Shown here: piece after piece, positions 50,155-58,640 of the stretch
Layout: each line of letters opens with the position of its first letter
Numbering within the stretch: the first letter of the stretch is position 1
IMG/VR virus record: IMGVR_UViG_3300048583_000222
Coordinates: 11,766 to 75,765 of that record
Source of the DNA: a virus
Direction: 5' to 3' (one strand)
DNA: 64,000 nucleotides
Position numbers and translations under genes: made by a program
The notes under the pieces: generated by a model
Database searches by the model: none
Told to the model about the DNA's origin: nothing
What the model saw: the letters and a program-made list of their open reading frames with translations, nothing else

Positions 50155-50655
50155 ATGGACAACAAGAAGAAGGCAGAGAAAGTATTCTCTACCAAAGCCC
50201 AGAAGATCGCCTCAGTAGAGGCACTCAGGTACAATTGCGAGCATGGGCTCTTTACTCGTGCAGCACATCTCAAGGACCGCTTTAATGTGAGCAATACTAT
50301 ATCCAAGTTATTGGCAGAAGGTATTATCATAGAGAATGGGGTAAAGCACAAGTACAAGTGGATGACTGATAAAACTCCCGAAACTATTGTGGAGGCTATC
50401 TGGAATACACATGGTAGTACAGGTAAAGAGATTGGAAAAATTGTGGGTGGGGCTACCGATAAGCAGCAGGACATTGCGCTACTGCCAACTCCTCATGCCG
50501 AACCAGTAGTGGAAAAACCTGCAAAAGCACCGGTTAGTAAGGTAACCAACGTCGAGCAGGAGATTAGATCCTGCTTGGACCGCTGTAAGGAGTACGGTAT
50601 CAGTAATCAGGCCAAGTACATTGCAGATCATCTGCGACACCTGAGGGCTGTATGA
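50155..50655 (+). CDS. Hypothetical protein (possible wHTH)
   Basis: 166-aa ORF with AC-rich leader; N-terminal helix-helix-beta-hairpin pattern. Confidence 0.55.
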   Translation: MDNKKKAEKVFSTKAQKIASVEALRYNCEHGLFTRAAHLKDRFNVSNTISKLLAEGIIIENGVKHKYKWMTDKTPETIVEAIWNTHGSTGKEIGKIVGGATDKQQDIALLPTPHAEPVVEKPAKAPVSKVTNVEQEIRSCLDRCKEYGISNQAKYIADHLRHLRAV

Positions 50656-50963
50656 GCAAGAAATTCACTACGCCTTTCGAGTATGATTACATATTCAAAG
50701 GCCCAGACCAGAAAGAGCATACCCTACGCTTTGTAGGGGAGTACACCAGTGAGTGGATCGATGGACAATTCCGCGAGACCTCTAACGCAACCGACATTAT
50801 GTTGGATGGTGCACCCGTCGGAGAGCTGATTATGCACATAGTAGTGGAATTCGATGACTTACATTTTGCCAACCATATCAACGACCTGCTGGCGGAACAT
50901 TGCCGCAAGTTATATGTGGAAGACGATGATTACGATGACTGGCGACAAAAACAGGAGAAGTGA
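50652..50963 (+). CDS. Hypothetical acidic protein
   Basis: 103-aa ORF with ATGA overlap. Confidence 0.6.
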   Translation: MSKKFTTPFEYDYIFKGPDQKEHTLRFVGEYTSEWIDGQFRETSNATDIMLDGAPVGELIMHIVVEFDDLHFANHINDLLAEHCRKLYVEDDDYDDWRQKQEK

Positions 50964-50996
50964 TATGAAAGTAATCTATGAACCAGCCGAGAAATT

Positions 50997-51270
50997 ATGA
51001 CCCCCTCTAAGTTAGACCGTGATCGTGGGTAGGAGGGTTGCGTAGAGCAACTAGGCGCCAGTATGCGAAAGTGTAGCTGGTAGAGTGCTGAAGTCGACTA
51101 GGCACTCGTGGATACCCCAAGTAACCGGAGGATGCCGAGATTGGGGGCACTACGGTAGGCGGTAGTTGAAAGGTACTACGACGGTAAAAGCCCCGTGCGG
51201 GAGACGTACACCGCGGAATGACCCCCTGATGCCTTCCTGCAGCAATGTGGGAGGGTGACGGGGGTATTTT
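50997..51270 (+). ncRNA. Unassigned multi-hairpin structured RNA (about 270 nt)
   Basis: At least seven stems, including CCAG-TATGC GAAA GTGTA-GCTGG, GAGTGC/GCACTC, CCCCAA/TTGGGG, GTAGT/ACTAC and a terminal ACCCCC...GGGGGT stem plus ATTTT; no ORF of 60 aa or more on either strand. Confidence 0.6.
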
Positions 51271-51292
51271 ATAACATCAAAACAACAATCGC

Positions 51293-51616
51293 ATGGTCAC
51301 AGAACAAATGACTATGGACGAGATCATTCAGATTTGCCGGGTCGCTTTGGCAGAATGGGAAGCATTACACAAGAAGTACCCACAAGGAGCCCCTTTGAAG
51401 GTACGTCAGAATCGTAGAATAGCCTACGGACTGTGTTATTATTTGAAGCATGTACTAAACTGGGCTGACTTTCAAGAGTTGCTGGTACCTGAGCTGTTGG
51501 AACACAGAGGTAGCCTATTCTTGCCCCACATCCGGCCGTACAACAGGAAGAAGTACCTGCCTGTACGCATCCAGTTTCTGAAGAATCTCATTGAGGAACT
51601 CGAAGAAGCTAAATAA
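51293..51616 (+). CDS. Hypothetical protein
   Basis: 107-aa ORF with AC-rich leader. Confidence 0.6.
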   Translation: MVTEQMTMDEIIQICRVALAEWEALHKKYPQGAPLKVRQNRRIAYGLCYYLKHVLNWADFQELLVPELLEHRGSLFLPHIRPYNRKKYLPVRIQFLKNLIEELEEAK

Positions 51617-51675
51617 GCACTCCCTCAGCAGACGAAGAATCCGTTGATGAAGTGGCGGGGGAGCTGCTTATTTTT
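51615..51675 (+). terminator. Terminator-like long hairpin
   Basis: AAGCA-CTCCC ... GGGAG-CTGCTT followed by ATTTTT. Confidence 0.5.
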
Positions 51676-51701
51676 ACTACCTTTAAACCCCCTTTTCAAT
51701 T

Positions 51702-51920
51702 ATGGAGAATTCATGGATGATATTTGCCCACGAAGGCAATGCAAACCACATGTGGTACTGTGGCAATGACCACTATGTAGACCTCGAGACCGGAGAACAA
51801 GCCTGGGACATGGATATGGACCAACTGCACGAGATCCTGCACAACAAGAGAAAGAAACATTTTACTGACAACAAAACACGCTACGTCATTGTAGCACGAG
51901 GGACACGTTATGAACCTTAG
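51702..51920 (+). CDS. Hypothetical protein
   Basis: 72-aa ORF. Confidence 0.55.
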   Translation: MENSWMIFAHEGNANHMWYCGNDHYVDLETGEQAWDMDMDQLHEILHNKRKKHFTDNKTRYVIVARGTRYEP

Positions 51921-52356
51921 AAAACCAAAACTGGCCAAGCTGGTGGATTCCACCAAGAGCCTGGCCCTGCAAAGTGTCGTACATGATCTGGATGTCTTCA
52001 AGGAGCAGATGCAGGTCCTACTGGACAGGCATACAGACCTGCTCACAGCCCATTACGAAAAGGAAAAGATCATGGAGCGGATCCACAGCATCACGGATAT
52101 ACAGGATCTGCTTGACTTTAAGCTCAGTATACTTCCTTCGAGTGCTATGGACACCGTAGCTGAAAGCATAGATGAGCTGTTCCCCAAGGAACCTACGTTT
52201 GTACAGGTACAGCTGTATCTGGAGACACTTACCCAGCTCTCAAAAGGCGGAGGAGATTATGTACGCGAGCAGCTTCGTCAGCGTATCCAGAAACTGGCCA
52301 ACGAACAGAGCCAGGCTGCAGGCCGAATCATCACTCCTCCAGGCATAATATCATGA
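51910..52356 (+). CDS. Hypothetical helical protein
   Basis: 148-aa ORF overlapping its neighbours. Confidence 0.6.
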   Translation: MNLRKPKLAKLVDSTKSLALQSVVHDLDVFKEQMQVLLDRHTDLLTAHYEKEKIMERIHSITDIQDLLDFKLSILPSSAMDTVAESIDELFPKEPTFVQVQLYLETLTQLSKGGGDYVREQLRQRIQKLANEQSQAAGRIITPPGIIS

Positions 52357-52763
52357 TGCTCCGGCATCTGATGTTGGAGGTAACAGATGACTGTGCCAAC
52401 ATCCGGCAGACCTACTCTACCCGTACAGCAGAGGAAGTGGAGACTATCCTTGTACAGATCTTCGCTGGTCTGGAGGATATGATCATGATGTATGTCAAGC
52501 AGCAAGACTATCCAAAGCACAACCATGAAGTGTACAAGCCCCGCATGCTGAACCGGCTTCCGGAGTATATCAGACAGCGTATTGTTGCACAGGTGGACAA
52601 TGCTCTAGGAGAAGAAGAGCTTCTATTGAAGTTTGATCTGTACATGATCCTCTGTACCAGTGTGGGTAATACCATACAGGATGAGTACTCTGCACAATTC
52701 CAGAAAGTAAGAAAACGCCTGGCTATCGTAGCCGGCAAGGACATTAATCCGAAAAATAACTGA
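52353..52763 (+). CDS. Hypothetical helical protein
   Basis: 136-aa ORF with ATGA overlap. Confidence 0.6.
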   Translation: MMLRHLMLEVTDDCANIRQTYSTRTAEEVETILVQIFAGLEDMIMMYVKQQDYPKHNHEVYKPRMLNRLPEYIRQRIVAQVDNALGEEELLLKFDLYMILCTSVGNTIQDEYSAQFQKVRKRLAIVAGKDINPKNN

Positions 52764-52765
52764 TC

Positions 52766-52939
52766 ATGGGTAATAACAGAAAAGCCACAAGAGGCAGAAG
52801 ACAGATATTCATTCCAAGAACCGTGAAGGTGCAAACCGCTACCGGGCCGGTAACACTGCAGGATCCGAGGCGCATGGAAAAGTACTTCATTTGCAAGCTC
52901 CCCAACGGTAACACGTTCATGAGTAAGTCTAACTGGTAA
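52766..52939 (+). CDS. Small basic protein (57 aa; below ORF-track cutoff)
   Basis: MGNNRKATRGRRQIFIPRTV...KSNW exactly fills the gap before ung. Confidence 0.5.
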   Translation: MGNNRKATRGRRQIFIPRTVKVQTATGPVTLQDPRRMEKYFICKLPNGNTFMSKSNW

Positions 52940-52950
52940 ATTTTACAGCG

Positions 52951-53640
52951 ATGACCTTAGAAGAAAACATAGGCTCCGAGTGGGCCCAGGCATTGTCATG
53001 CGAATTTGACAAGGAGTACATGAAGATCATTGCAAGCCGTATACTCGCACAAGGAGACAAACTCAGACCAGCTATTCCGGATATATTCAATGCCTATCGT
53101 AGTACACCCGTCAGTAATGTACGGGTGGTTATTATGGGGCAGGACCCCTATCCAGGTAATGAGGCCCATGGCCTGTCGTTCAGCAGTAAGCTGGGCAGTA
53201 TACCTCCCTCATTGCGCATCATCTTCAAAGAGCTGGAGCGCAGTGGTATGGGTAAGCGTACTACGCCTAACCTGCAAGACTGGGCAGACCAGGGAGTACT
53301 CATGCTCAACAGCGTACTCACGACAACTTATAGGGTAGCCAATGCGCACAAGGACTGGGGATGGCAGCACTTCACGCATGCTACACTTAAACACCTTAAC
53401 ACATTGCAGCAACCTATCGTATACATGACCTGGGGTAAGCCTGCTGGTGAGTTGGTAAGCAAAGCATTCAAAGACGATGCGATAGAGGAAAACTTCTTCA
53501 GTGTACGATCCAGATTGCTCCTCACTGCATGTCATCCACAGGCAGAGAACTACTCCGGTGGTAAGCTGCAGTTTATAGGATGCGAGCATTTCTCACTGGC
53601 CAATGCGTTCTTACGCGACAAGGCCATTAAATGGGTATGA
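52951..53640 (+). CDS. ung: Uracil-DNA glycosylase (family 1)
   Basis: VRVVIMGQDPYP, HGLSFS, IPPSLRIIFKEL, WADQGVLMLNSVLT, HKDWGW, VYMTWG and HPQA motifs. Confidence 0.95.
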   Translation: MTLEENIGSEWAQALSCEFDKEYMKIIASRILAQGDKLRPAIPDIFNAYRSTPVSNVRVVIMGQDPYPGNEAHGLSFSSKLGSIPPSLRIIFKELERSGMGKRTTPNLQDWADQGVLMLNSVLTTTYRVANAHKDWGWQHFTHATLKHLNTLQQPIVYMTWGKPAGELVSKAFKDDAIEENFFSVRSRLLLTACHPQAENYSGGKLQFIGCEHFSLANAFLRDKAIKWV

Positions 53641-53641
53641 T

Positions 53642-54064
53642 ATGGTAAGCGTAAAAGAGCTTTCCGAAGGACGGATACTGATCATGGGAGGGTCACGTTA
53701 CGAGTACCCTGATCCGGTTATGGATTACTGTCCTATAGCAGGCAAACCTACAAAGGAACGCAGCCTGGAGATGGTACTGATGCCGGGCAAGACCGTGGAG
53801 GACCTTAGGGTAATCCTACGTAAGTATCCGCAAATCAGGATTCAGCACATCATTGCCCACGAGCCCTACATCACTGAACGTGAACAGCAGCTGATCTTCG
53901 GTCATATCAAGACCATACAGGAGGTAGCTGCCTGGAAACGCATCAAGGTGGAGGGTGTGGATTATATCGACGAGTTCGGCTTTCATGTCTACGTACGGAG
54001 CGAACTTGATTTCTTTGGCAACATGTCGGACGTAGATCTCCGGTATGACAACGAACCTGTATGA
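53642..54064 (+). CDS. Hypothetical protein
   Basis: Internal ATG of ORF 53603..54064; ATGA overlap with polA. Confidence 0.55.
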   Translation: MVSVKELSEGRILIMGGSRYEYPDPVMDYCPIAGKPTKERSLEMVLMPGKTVEDLRVILRKYPQIRIQHIIAHEPYITEREQQLIFGHIKTIQEVAAWKRIKVEGVDYIDEFGFHVYVRSELDFFGNMSDVDLRYDNEPV

Positions 54065-55365
54065 TTTACGTAGTAGCACGTCAGTGTAATAACGCAACTT
54101 TCGACCAGTTCATGTACTGGCAGAAAAACCAGAATCGCTTCATGGTGGACAGTGAGACTACGGTACATGAGCAGTGGTGCGAACGTCAGCTGGTGCTCAT
54201 CCAGTTCGGTAACGGTACAGATGAGTGGCTGCTGCAGTGGAGCTTCCTCACAGACATGCAGAAGGCACGGGTGCGCGGTATCCTGTTTGACGACAGGCTC
54301 AAAGTATTGCACAATGCCTATTTTGATTGTATCGTGTTCCGCTTTGCCGGTATGGTCATGCGCAACGTGTACTGTACTATGGTAGCGGAAATGGGACTGA
54401 ACTGTGGCAAGCTTAACCGGGAAGACGAAGAGGAGGAGGATGTGGAAGGTGCTGAGTTGGGGTTCTATTCCCTGGCTGGGCTATTGGACCGCAGACTCAA
54501 TCTTCGTATCTCCAAGGAAGCGCAGACCAGATTCGGGGACGACATCCTCACTCCTGAGAAAGTAGAGTATGCTGCTATCGATGTACGGCACCTGTTCAAG
54601 ATCCAGGAACTGCAGCGTCTCGACCTCCATGAAACAGATCTGGAGATGACCTGTGCACTGGACTGTGCAGCCATTCCGGGACTGGCGGAGATGACCTACA
54701 ATGGAATGCCGCTGGATACTGTAGCATGGCGTGCCAACATTGACCTGGCCTGGCCGGTAGTACAGCACTCTATTGCCCAGCTCGAGCAACGGGTGAAAGC
54801 AGAGCCCAAGCTACTGGCTAAGGTCATTGAGATGCAGCGCTACAGTGATGAGGATAAGATCGTACTGAACACCAACTCGTTTAACCACCTGCGTACCATC
54901 TTTGCGCATGTATTCCCTGAAGTAGGCGGTGCCACACGTGCGATCGTTCGTGGGTTCATGAAACATCATGACATTCAGGATCCTGAAATACGCACCGTGT
55001 TCCAGCACTTCGAAGCAGGGGATACGGAACCTCTGAAGATGTACCTGTACAATCACCACCGGGATTTCCTGATCAGTAATGACTGGCTCATCCCGGCAGG
55101 AGCCATCACCATCAACTGGAATTCCCAGCAACAAGTACTGGCTCTGCTGCAGGTACTGGACAAGAAGCTTCAAGCCTTAGATAAACAGTCCATGAGTAAG
55201 TTCTCACATCCTATAGGTCTTGACCTTAAGGATTATAAAGATTCCATGAAACTGGTTACTACCTACGGCGAGAAGTTCATTGAACAGCACGTGGAAAGCG
55301 ATGGCATGGTACGAACCACGTTCAACGTGATCGTATCTACCGGTCGACTCAGCAGTCGCAAGCCT
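54061..55365 (+). CDS. polA: Family A DNA polymerase, exon 1 (3'-5' exonuclease and thumb; 435 codons)
   Basis: FMVDSET (ExoI), LHNAYFD (ExoII), YAAID (ExoIII); ends at STGRLSSRKP, and exon 2 resumes NMQNIP. Confidence 0.92.
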
Positions 55366-55547
55366 AAATATATTGGGCAGCGTAGCCGTGAGGCACGTAA
55401 AAAATATCGGGTGAACTCAGGGAAAGCTGAAATGCCAATCCTGAGCCAAGCTGTAGAAGGACTAGTGAATCTACAGAAGGTGCAGAGACTAGCGTGTGAG
55501 ACCAACAATAATCACGCAAATAGCGCCCGATTACTTGAAAGGAATGT

Positions 55548-55578
55548 TTTGAATATACGGTCATTAGCCGTATGTTTG
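55548..55578 (+). promoter_or_regulatory. Intron-internal Bacteroidota promoter (-33 TTTG, 19-nt spacer, -7 TATGTTTG)
   Basis: Full consensus with correct spacing; ATG of the endonuclease 4 nt after the -7 box. Confidence 0.7.
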
Positions 55579-55582
55579 TAGT

Positions 55583-56323
55583 ATGAAAAGATGGAACATA
55601 AACATCAGCAAAGAAACGATTGAGGAAATGCAGCGAGCAGGCTATACACAGCTAGAAATGGCATCCAAATTAGGGGTATCAGTGTCTGTGGTGGAACGTC
55701 GGATCAAGAAATTCAACCTACAGGGGTACAGTCCTGTCAGGTATAATCTTATGACCCCGAATAACCCTGTATTTTGCTATTTACTCGGCTGGTTTGCAGC
55801 TGATGGGTACTTGACTAAGCACAACAGGGTTAGTCTTCGTACGTATGAGCACGATGTCGTTGACAAACTGAGTAGTTACTTTGGTACACGCAAATATGAA
55901 ATACGTAGAGAAGGTAAGTGTAGTACACACGAACTGTATTTTGCACAAGCTCCTGCAATTTTCAAAGAAATCTGTGGACAAGGTAAAACCAGAGATTGTC
56001 AAGTACCCGCTGTTCAGTATTTTGATATGTTTCTTAGAGGAGTTATTGAAGGTGATGGTACAATAAGACCCTTACAACACAAAGGAGGAGGGCTCGTTCG
56101 TATCTTCACTTGTTCAGAAAACTTCGCTTTAGAACTACAAGCACGATGTCCTTATCCGTTACGTCTTCGCAAAGATCGTATGGGATGGGAACTGAGTTCA
56201 AACTCCACACAGTTCTTGTCTTATGTGTACACAAATCATCTTGATTTTGTGTGTTCGCGTAAGTTCAAACGTGTGCAACCTCGCATTCAAGTAAATGATA
56301 TAGTCCAACCTAATGGAAAATGA
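55583..56323 (+). CDS. Intron-encoded LAGLIDADG homing endonuclease with N-terminal HTH
   Basis: YLLGWFAADGYL and FLRGVIEGDGTI double motif; HTH TQLEMASKLGVSVSVVERRI. Confidence 0.9.
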   Translation: MKRWNINISKETIEEMQRAGYTQLEMASKLGVSVSVVERRIKKFNLQGYSPVRYNLMTPNNPVFCYLLGWFAADGYLTKHNRVSLRTYEHDVVDKLSSYFGTRKYEIRREGKCSTHELYFAQAPAIFKEICGQGKTRDCQVPAVQYFDMFLRGVIEGDGTIRPLQHKGGGLVRIFTCSENFALELQARCPYPLRLRKDRMGWELSSNSTQFLSYVYTNHLDFVCSRKFKRVQPRIQVNDIVQPNGK

Positions 56324-56339
56324 ACCATTAGATAAGTTG

Positions 56340-56663
56340 AATATGCAGAACATTCCGGCTAAGGAAGCAGTAGGTAATCGTTACCGCAACTGTTTTGTAG
56401 CAGAGGATGGCTGGGTGTATGTGGACAGTGACTATGCTTCCCAGGAGCTGGTGGTGATTGCCTTCATATCGGGAGATCCGGTATGGATGGATGCACTGCA
56501 AAGAGGTAAGGACCTGCATAGTGTATGTGCAGAGGTAGTGTACAAGGATCTCTGGAAGCGTTCTGCTGATAGTGATTGTGCGTACTACCATGACGGACAG
56601 AAGAAGTGTAAGTGCAAAGCCCATAAAAAGCTGAGGGATGGTATCAAAACCATCAACTTCGGT
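56340..56663 (+). CDS. polA: Family A DNA polymerase, exon 2 (motif A to motif B; 108 codons)
   Basis: NMQNIP, DSDYASQELVVIA (motif A), DLHS and KTINFG. Confidence 0.93.
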
Positions 56664-56673
56664 TAAATTAAAG

Positions 56674-56681
56674 TATCTTTG
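56674..56681 (+). promoter_or_regulatory. Intron-internal -7 promoter element (TATCTTTG) in the P1 loop
   Basis: Exact TAnnTTTG; ATG 4 nt downstream, the same geometry as intron 1. Confidence 0.6.
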
Positions 56682-56685
56682 TAGA

Positions 56686-57204
56686 ATGAAATCACAAAGT
56701 AGCCAGGCCGAAGTAAAACTTTCCAAATTCGGGGAACTCTCAGCAAGTAACGTTGGAGACAATCCCGAGCCAAGCACTGTAGAGAAGTCTGCAGAGGCGT
56801 GTGTAGAGACTAGACGGAAAGTGTGTATTAAATGTGGGGGAGACATACCCTCAAGGAAGTACAGCAACGCAAAATACTGTAGTGATAAATGCAGAAGTGC
56901 ATTCATATCACTCAGACATGCACATCGTACCGGCCGCATCAAGAATCCTAATGTAGGTTCTGGAGGAGCCCAGCAAGGACAAGCCAATCATCAGTACAAG
57001 ACTGGTATAGGCATGTACACTAAGCTGGGATTCGCTGCGCACGGTAAGATTTGCAACAGGTGCGGAGCTACAGCTACCTTGATCCATCACAAGGATCACA
57101 ACCGGTTGAACAATCAGGTTGATAATCTTGAGCCGTTGTGCAAACGGTGCCACCAAGAACATCACTGTGTTCGTGATCTGGAAGGCAAATACACAAAGGG
57201 ATAG
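56686..57204 (+). CDS. Intron-encoded zinc-finger/HNH homing endonuclease
   Basis: CIKC..AKYCSDKC zinc finger and CNRC..IHHKDHNRLNNQVDNLEPLCKRCH HNH motif; start could alternatively be GTG at 56821. Confidence 0.88.
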   Translation: MKSQSSQAEVKLSKFGELSASNVGDNPEPSTVEKSAEACVETRRKVCIKCGGDIPSRKYSNAKYCSDKCRSAFISLRHAHRTGRIKNPNVGSGGAQQGQANHQYKTGIGMYTKLGFAAHGKICNRCGATATLIHHKDHNRLNNQVDNLEPLCKRCHQEHHCVRDLEGKYTKG

Positions 57205-57236
57205 TCCACGCTGTCAGGAAACTGACAGAAGCCGTG

Positions 57237-57785
57237 TTGGCATACGGCATGAGCAAGTACAAGCTTTCTGCGAGTCTGTCCATTTCAGTACCCGATGCAG
57301 ACAAGCTGATCACCGAGTACTTCACCCGGTTCCCTAAGATCAAGAAAGCACTGACGTACATGGGCCTGTTCGGTGTACGTAAAGGCTACATTCAGACACT
57401 TGCCCCGTTCTTTCGCAAGCGGTGGTTCCCGTACTGGAAATTCGCACGTCGTAACATCGACGCACATATCCAGGGAGTCCAGTACGACAGTACACTGGGC
57501 AGTATAGAACGGGCAAGTAAGAACATGCCAGTCCAAGGCAGTTCAGCGGACATGACCAAAGTTGCTATCTGGATGATGCATGAGTACATTCACCTGAATG
57601 CACTATCGCACAAAGTCCGGTTGGTAATGCAGGTACATGACCAGCTAACCACGAGGGCACGGAATGATTATGCAGAGCAATGGAAGGAAACCATGCACCA
57701 GCTCATGCTGGATGCTGCAAAGTTCACCATCACCAATGGCCTGTTAGGGGCTGAGACAAACATCACAAACGTATGGACCAAGTAA
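57237..57785 (+). CDS. polA: Family A DNA polymerase, exon 3 (spliced product about 725 aa)
   Basis: LAYGMS, YFTRFP, GYIQTL..RKRW, ERASKNMPVQGSSADMTK and MQVHDQL (motif C). Confidence 0.93.
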   Translation: MAYGMSKYKLSASLSISVPDADKLITEYFTRFPKIKKALTYMGLFGVRKGYIQTLAPFFRKRWFPYWKFARRNIDAHIQGVQYDSTLGSIERASKNMPVQGSSADMTKVAIWMMHEYIHLNALSHKVRLVMQVHDQLTTRARNDYAEQWKETMHQLMLDAAKFTITNGLLGAETNITNVWTK

Positions 57786-57793
57786 TCCACCCT

Positions 57794-58183
57794 ATGTATG
57801 CACTGCGCATTGATGTCAGGTTCGTCATCCCGAAATTCGTAGATACGGATTTTGCCAAGTTCCTGCGTAAATGCGTCAGTGAGTACACTGGAATTTCTGA
57901 AGAAGCTATTCTGAGCCACAGTCGTAAGAGAGCTACTGTAAGAGCAAGGCATCTTACGGCACTGGCCCTGTGGCGCTATAGTGAACTGACCTTAAAAGTA
58001 ATTGGGCAATTGATAGGTGATAAAGATCATACTACAGTTATCCATGCACTGGGCCTCATTGAAGGGTTCTTTGACATCAAAGACCCTGAGATAATGCTAT
58101 TTGTAAAACCCTTCCTGGACAGGTACGACGCCATCTATGGCGTGACACGCAGGGTAGGGACATCCGGTAATCACAATATCTAA
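57794..58183 (+). CDS. DnaA C-terminal-like HTH protein
   Basis: ILSHSRKRATVRARH...YSELTLKVIGQLIGDKDHTTVIHAL matches DnaA domain IV (R...AR, GgRDHtTV.h). Confidence 0.8.
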   Translation: MYALRIDVRFVIPKFVDTDFAKFLRKCVSEYTGISEEAILSHSRKRATVRARHLTALALWRYSELTLKVIGQLIGDKDHTTVIHALGLIEGFFDIKDPEIMLFVKPFLDRYDAIYGVTRRVGTSGNHNI

Positions 58184-58202
58184 CATTTACAACAGATTAG
58201 AC

Positions 58203-58640
58203 ATGTTACAACACGAAGAAAGATTTCACGACGACGTGAAGCTCGTATTGGTTTACAGTCTGCTGACCCGCTCCATGCTGAAAGTACTGCAACGCAGTGT
58301 AATCGGAAAAGCCAGTCACAAGACCCTAACTGATGCGGCCTTCTCATGGTTCTCGCAGATCAGACAGAAAGAACTGCTGTTCACTGACACACTCCCCGCG
58401 GTAAAGGAATTCGTAATGGATAACCTGCCCAAGAAGGACGAGCTGGAAAGTGACATGCTGGACTCCATCGCCGAGATGAGTCTCTACATCATCATGCATG
58501 CTAAGGACAAGAATTTGCATGAAACTATTACTCACGTTACCAATCCATCGTACAGGAAGTGTGAACTCCGCAAGGCCTGGCAGGCCGGCGCAGGACTCAT
58601 GGCCTTTGAGGACTGGTACAAAGACAATCACGAACAATGA
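58203..58640 (+). CDS. Hypothetical protein
   Basis: 145-aa ORF; ATGA overlap with the helicase. Confidence 0.55.
   Translation: MLQHEERFHDDVKLVLVYSLLTRSMLKVLQRSVIGKASHKTLTDAAFSWFSQIRQKELLFTDTLPAVKEFVMDNLPKKDELESDMLDSIAEMSLYIIMHAKDKNLHETITHVTNPSYRKCELRKAWQAGAGLMAFEDWYKDNHEQ

Larger units (their letters stand above)
55366..56339 (+). mobile_element. Group I intron 1 in polA (974 nt) with LAGLIDADG ORF in P8
   Basis: Exon ends in U and intron ends in G. P1 GCCT/GGGC, P10 ATATT/AATAT, P3 ATCGGG/CCCGAT, core GAACTCAGGGAAAGC..GCCAATCCTGAGCCAAG, P7 GCAGAGACTA/GATATAGTCC, P8 TACTTG/CAAGTA and P9 CTAATGG/CCATTAG; splicing restores SSRKP|NMQNIP. Confidence 0.93.
56664..57236 (+). mobile_element. Group I intron 2 in polA (573 nt) with HNH ORF
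   Basis: P1 CTTCGGT/GCCGAAG, P10 GCCAG/TTGGC, P3 CTTTCC/GGAAAG, core AATTCGGGGAAC..GACAATCCCGAGCCAAG, P7 GTAGAGACTA/GGGATAGTCC, P8 GTGTATT/AATACAC, P9 CTGTCAG GAAA CTGACAG and terminal G; splicing restores KTINFG|LAYGMS. Confidence 0.93.

Noticed and set aside
51050-51210. Guanidine-I riboswitch (GGTAAAAGCCC) or group II intron domain V (CGCCAGTATGCGAAAGTG) resemblance
   Set aside because: Only short partial matches; the other conserved elements and a matching downstream gene or RT are absent.
55366-55581. C-terminal tail of the 506-aa polA ORF (KYIGQRS...) and the MENEPLDKL start of ORF 56313
   Set aside because: Both are translations of intron sequence; splicing gives the canonical motif.
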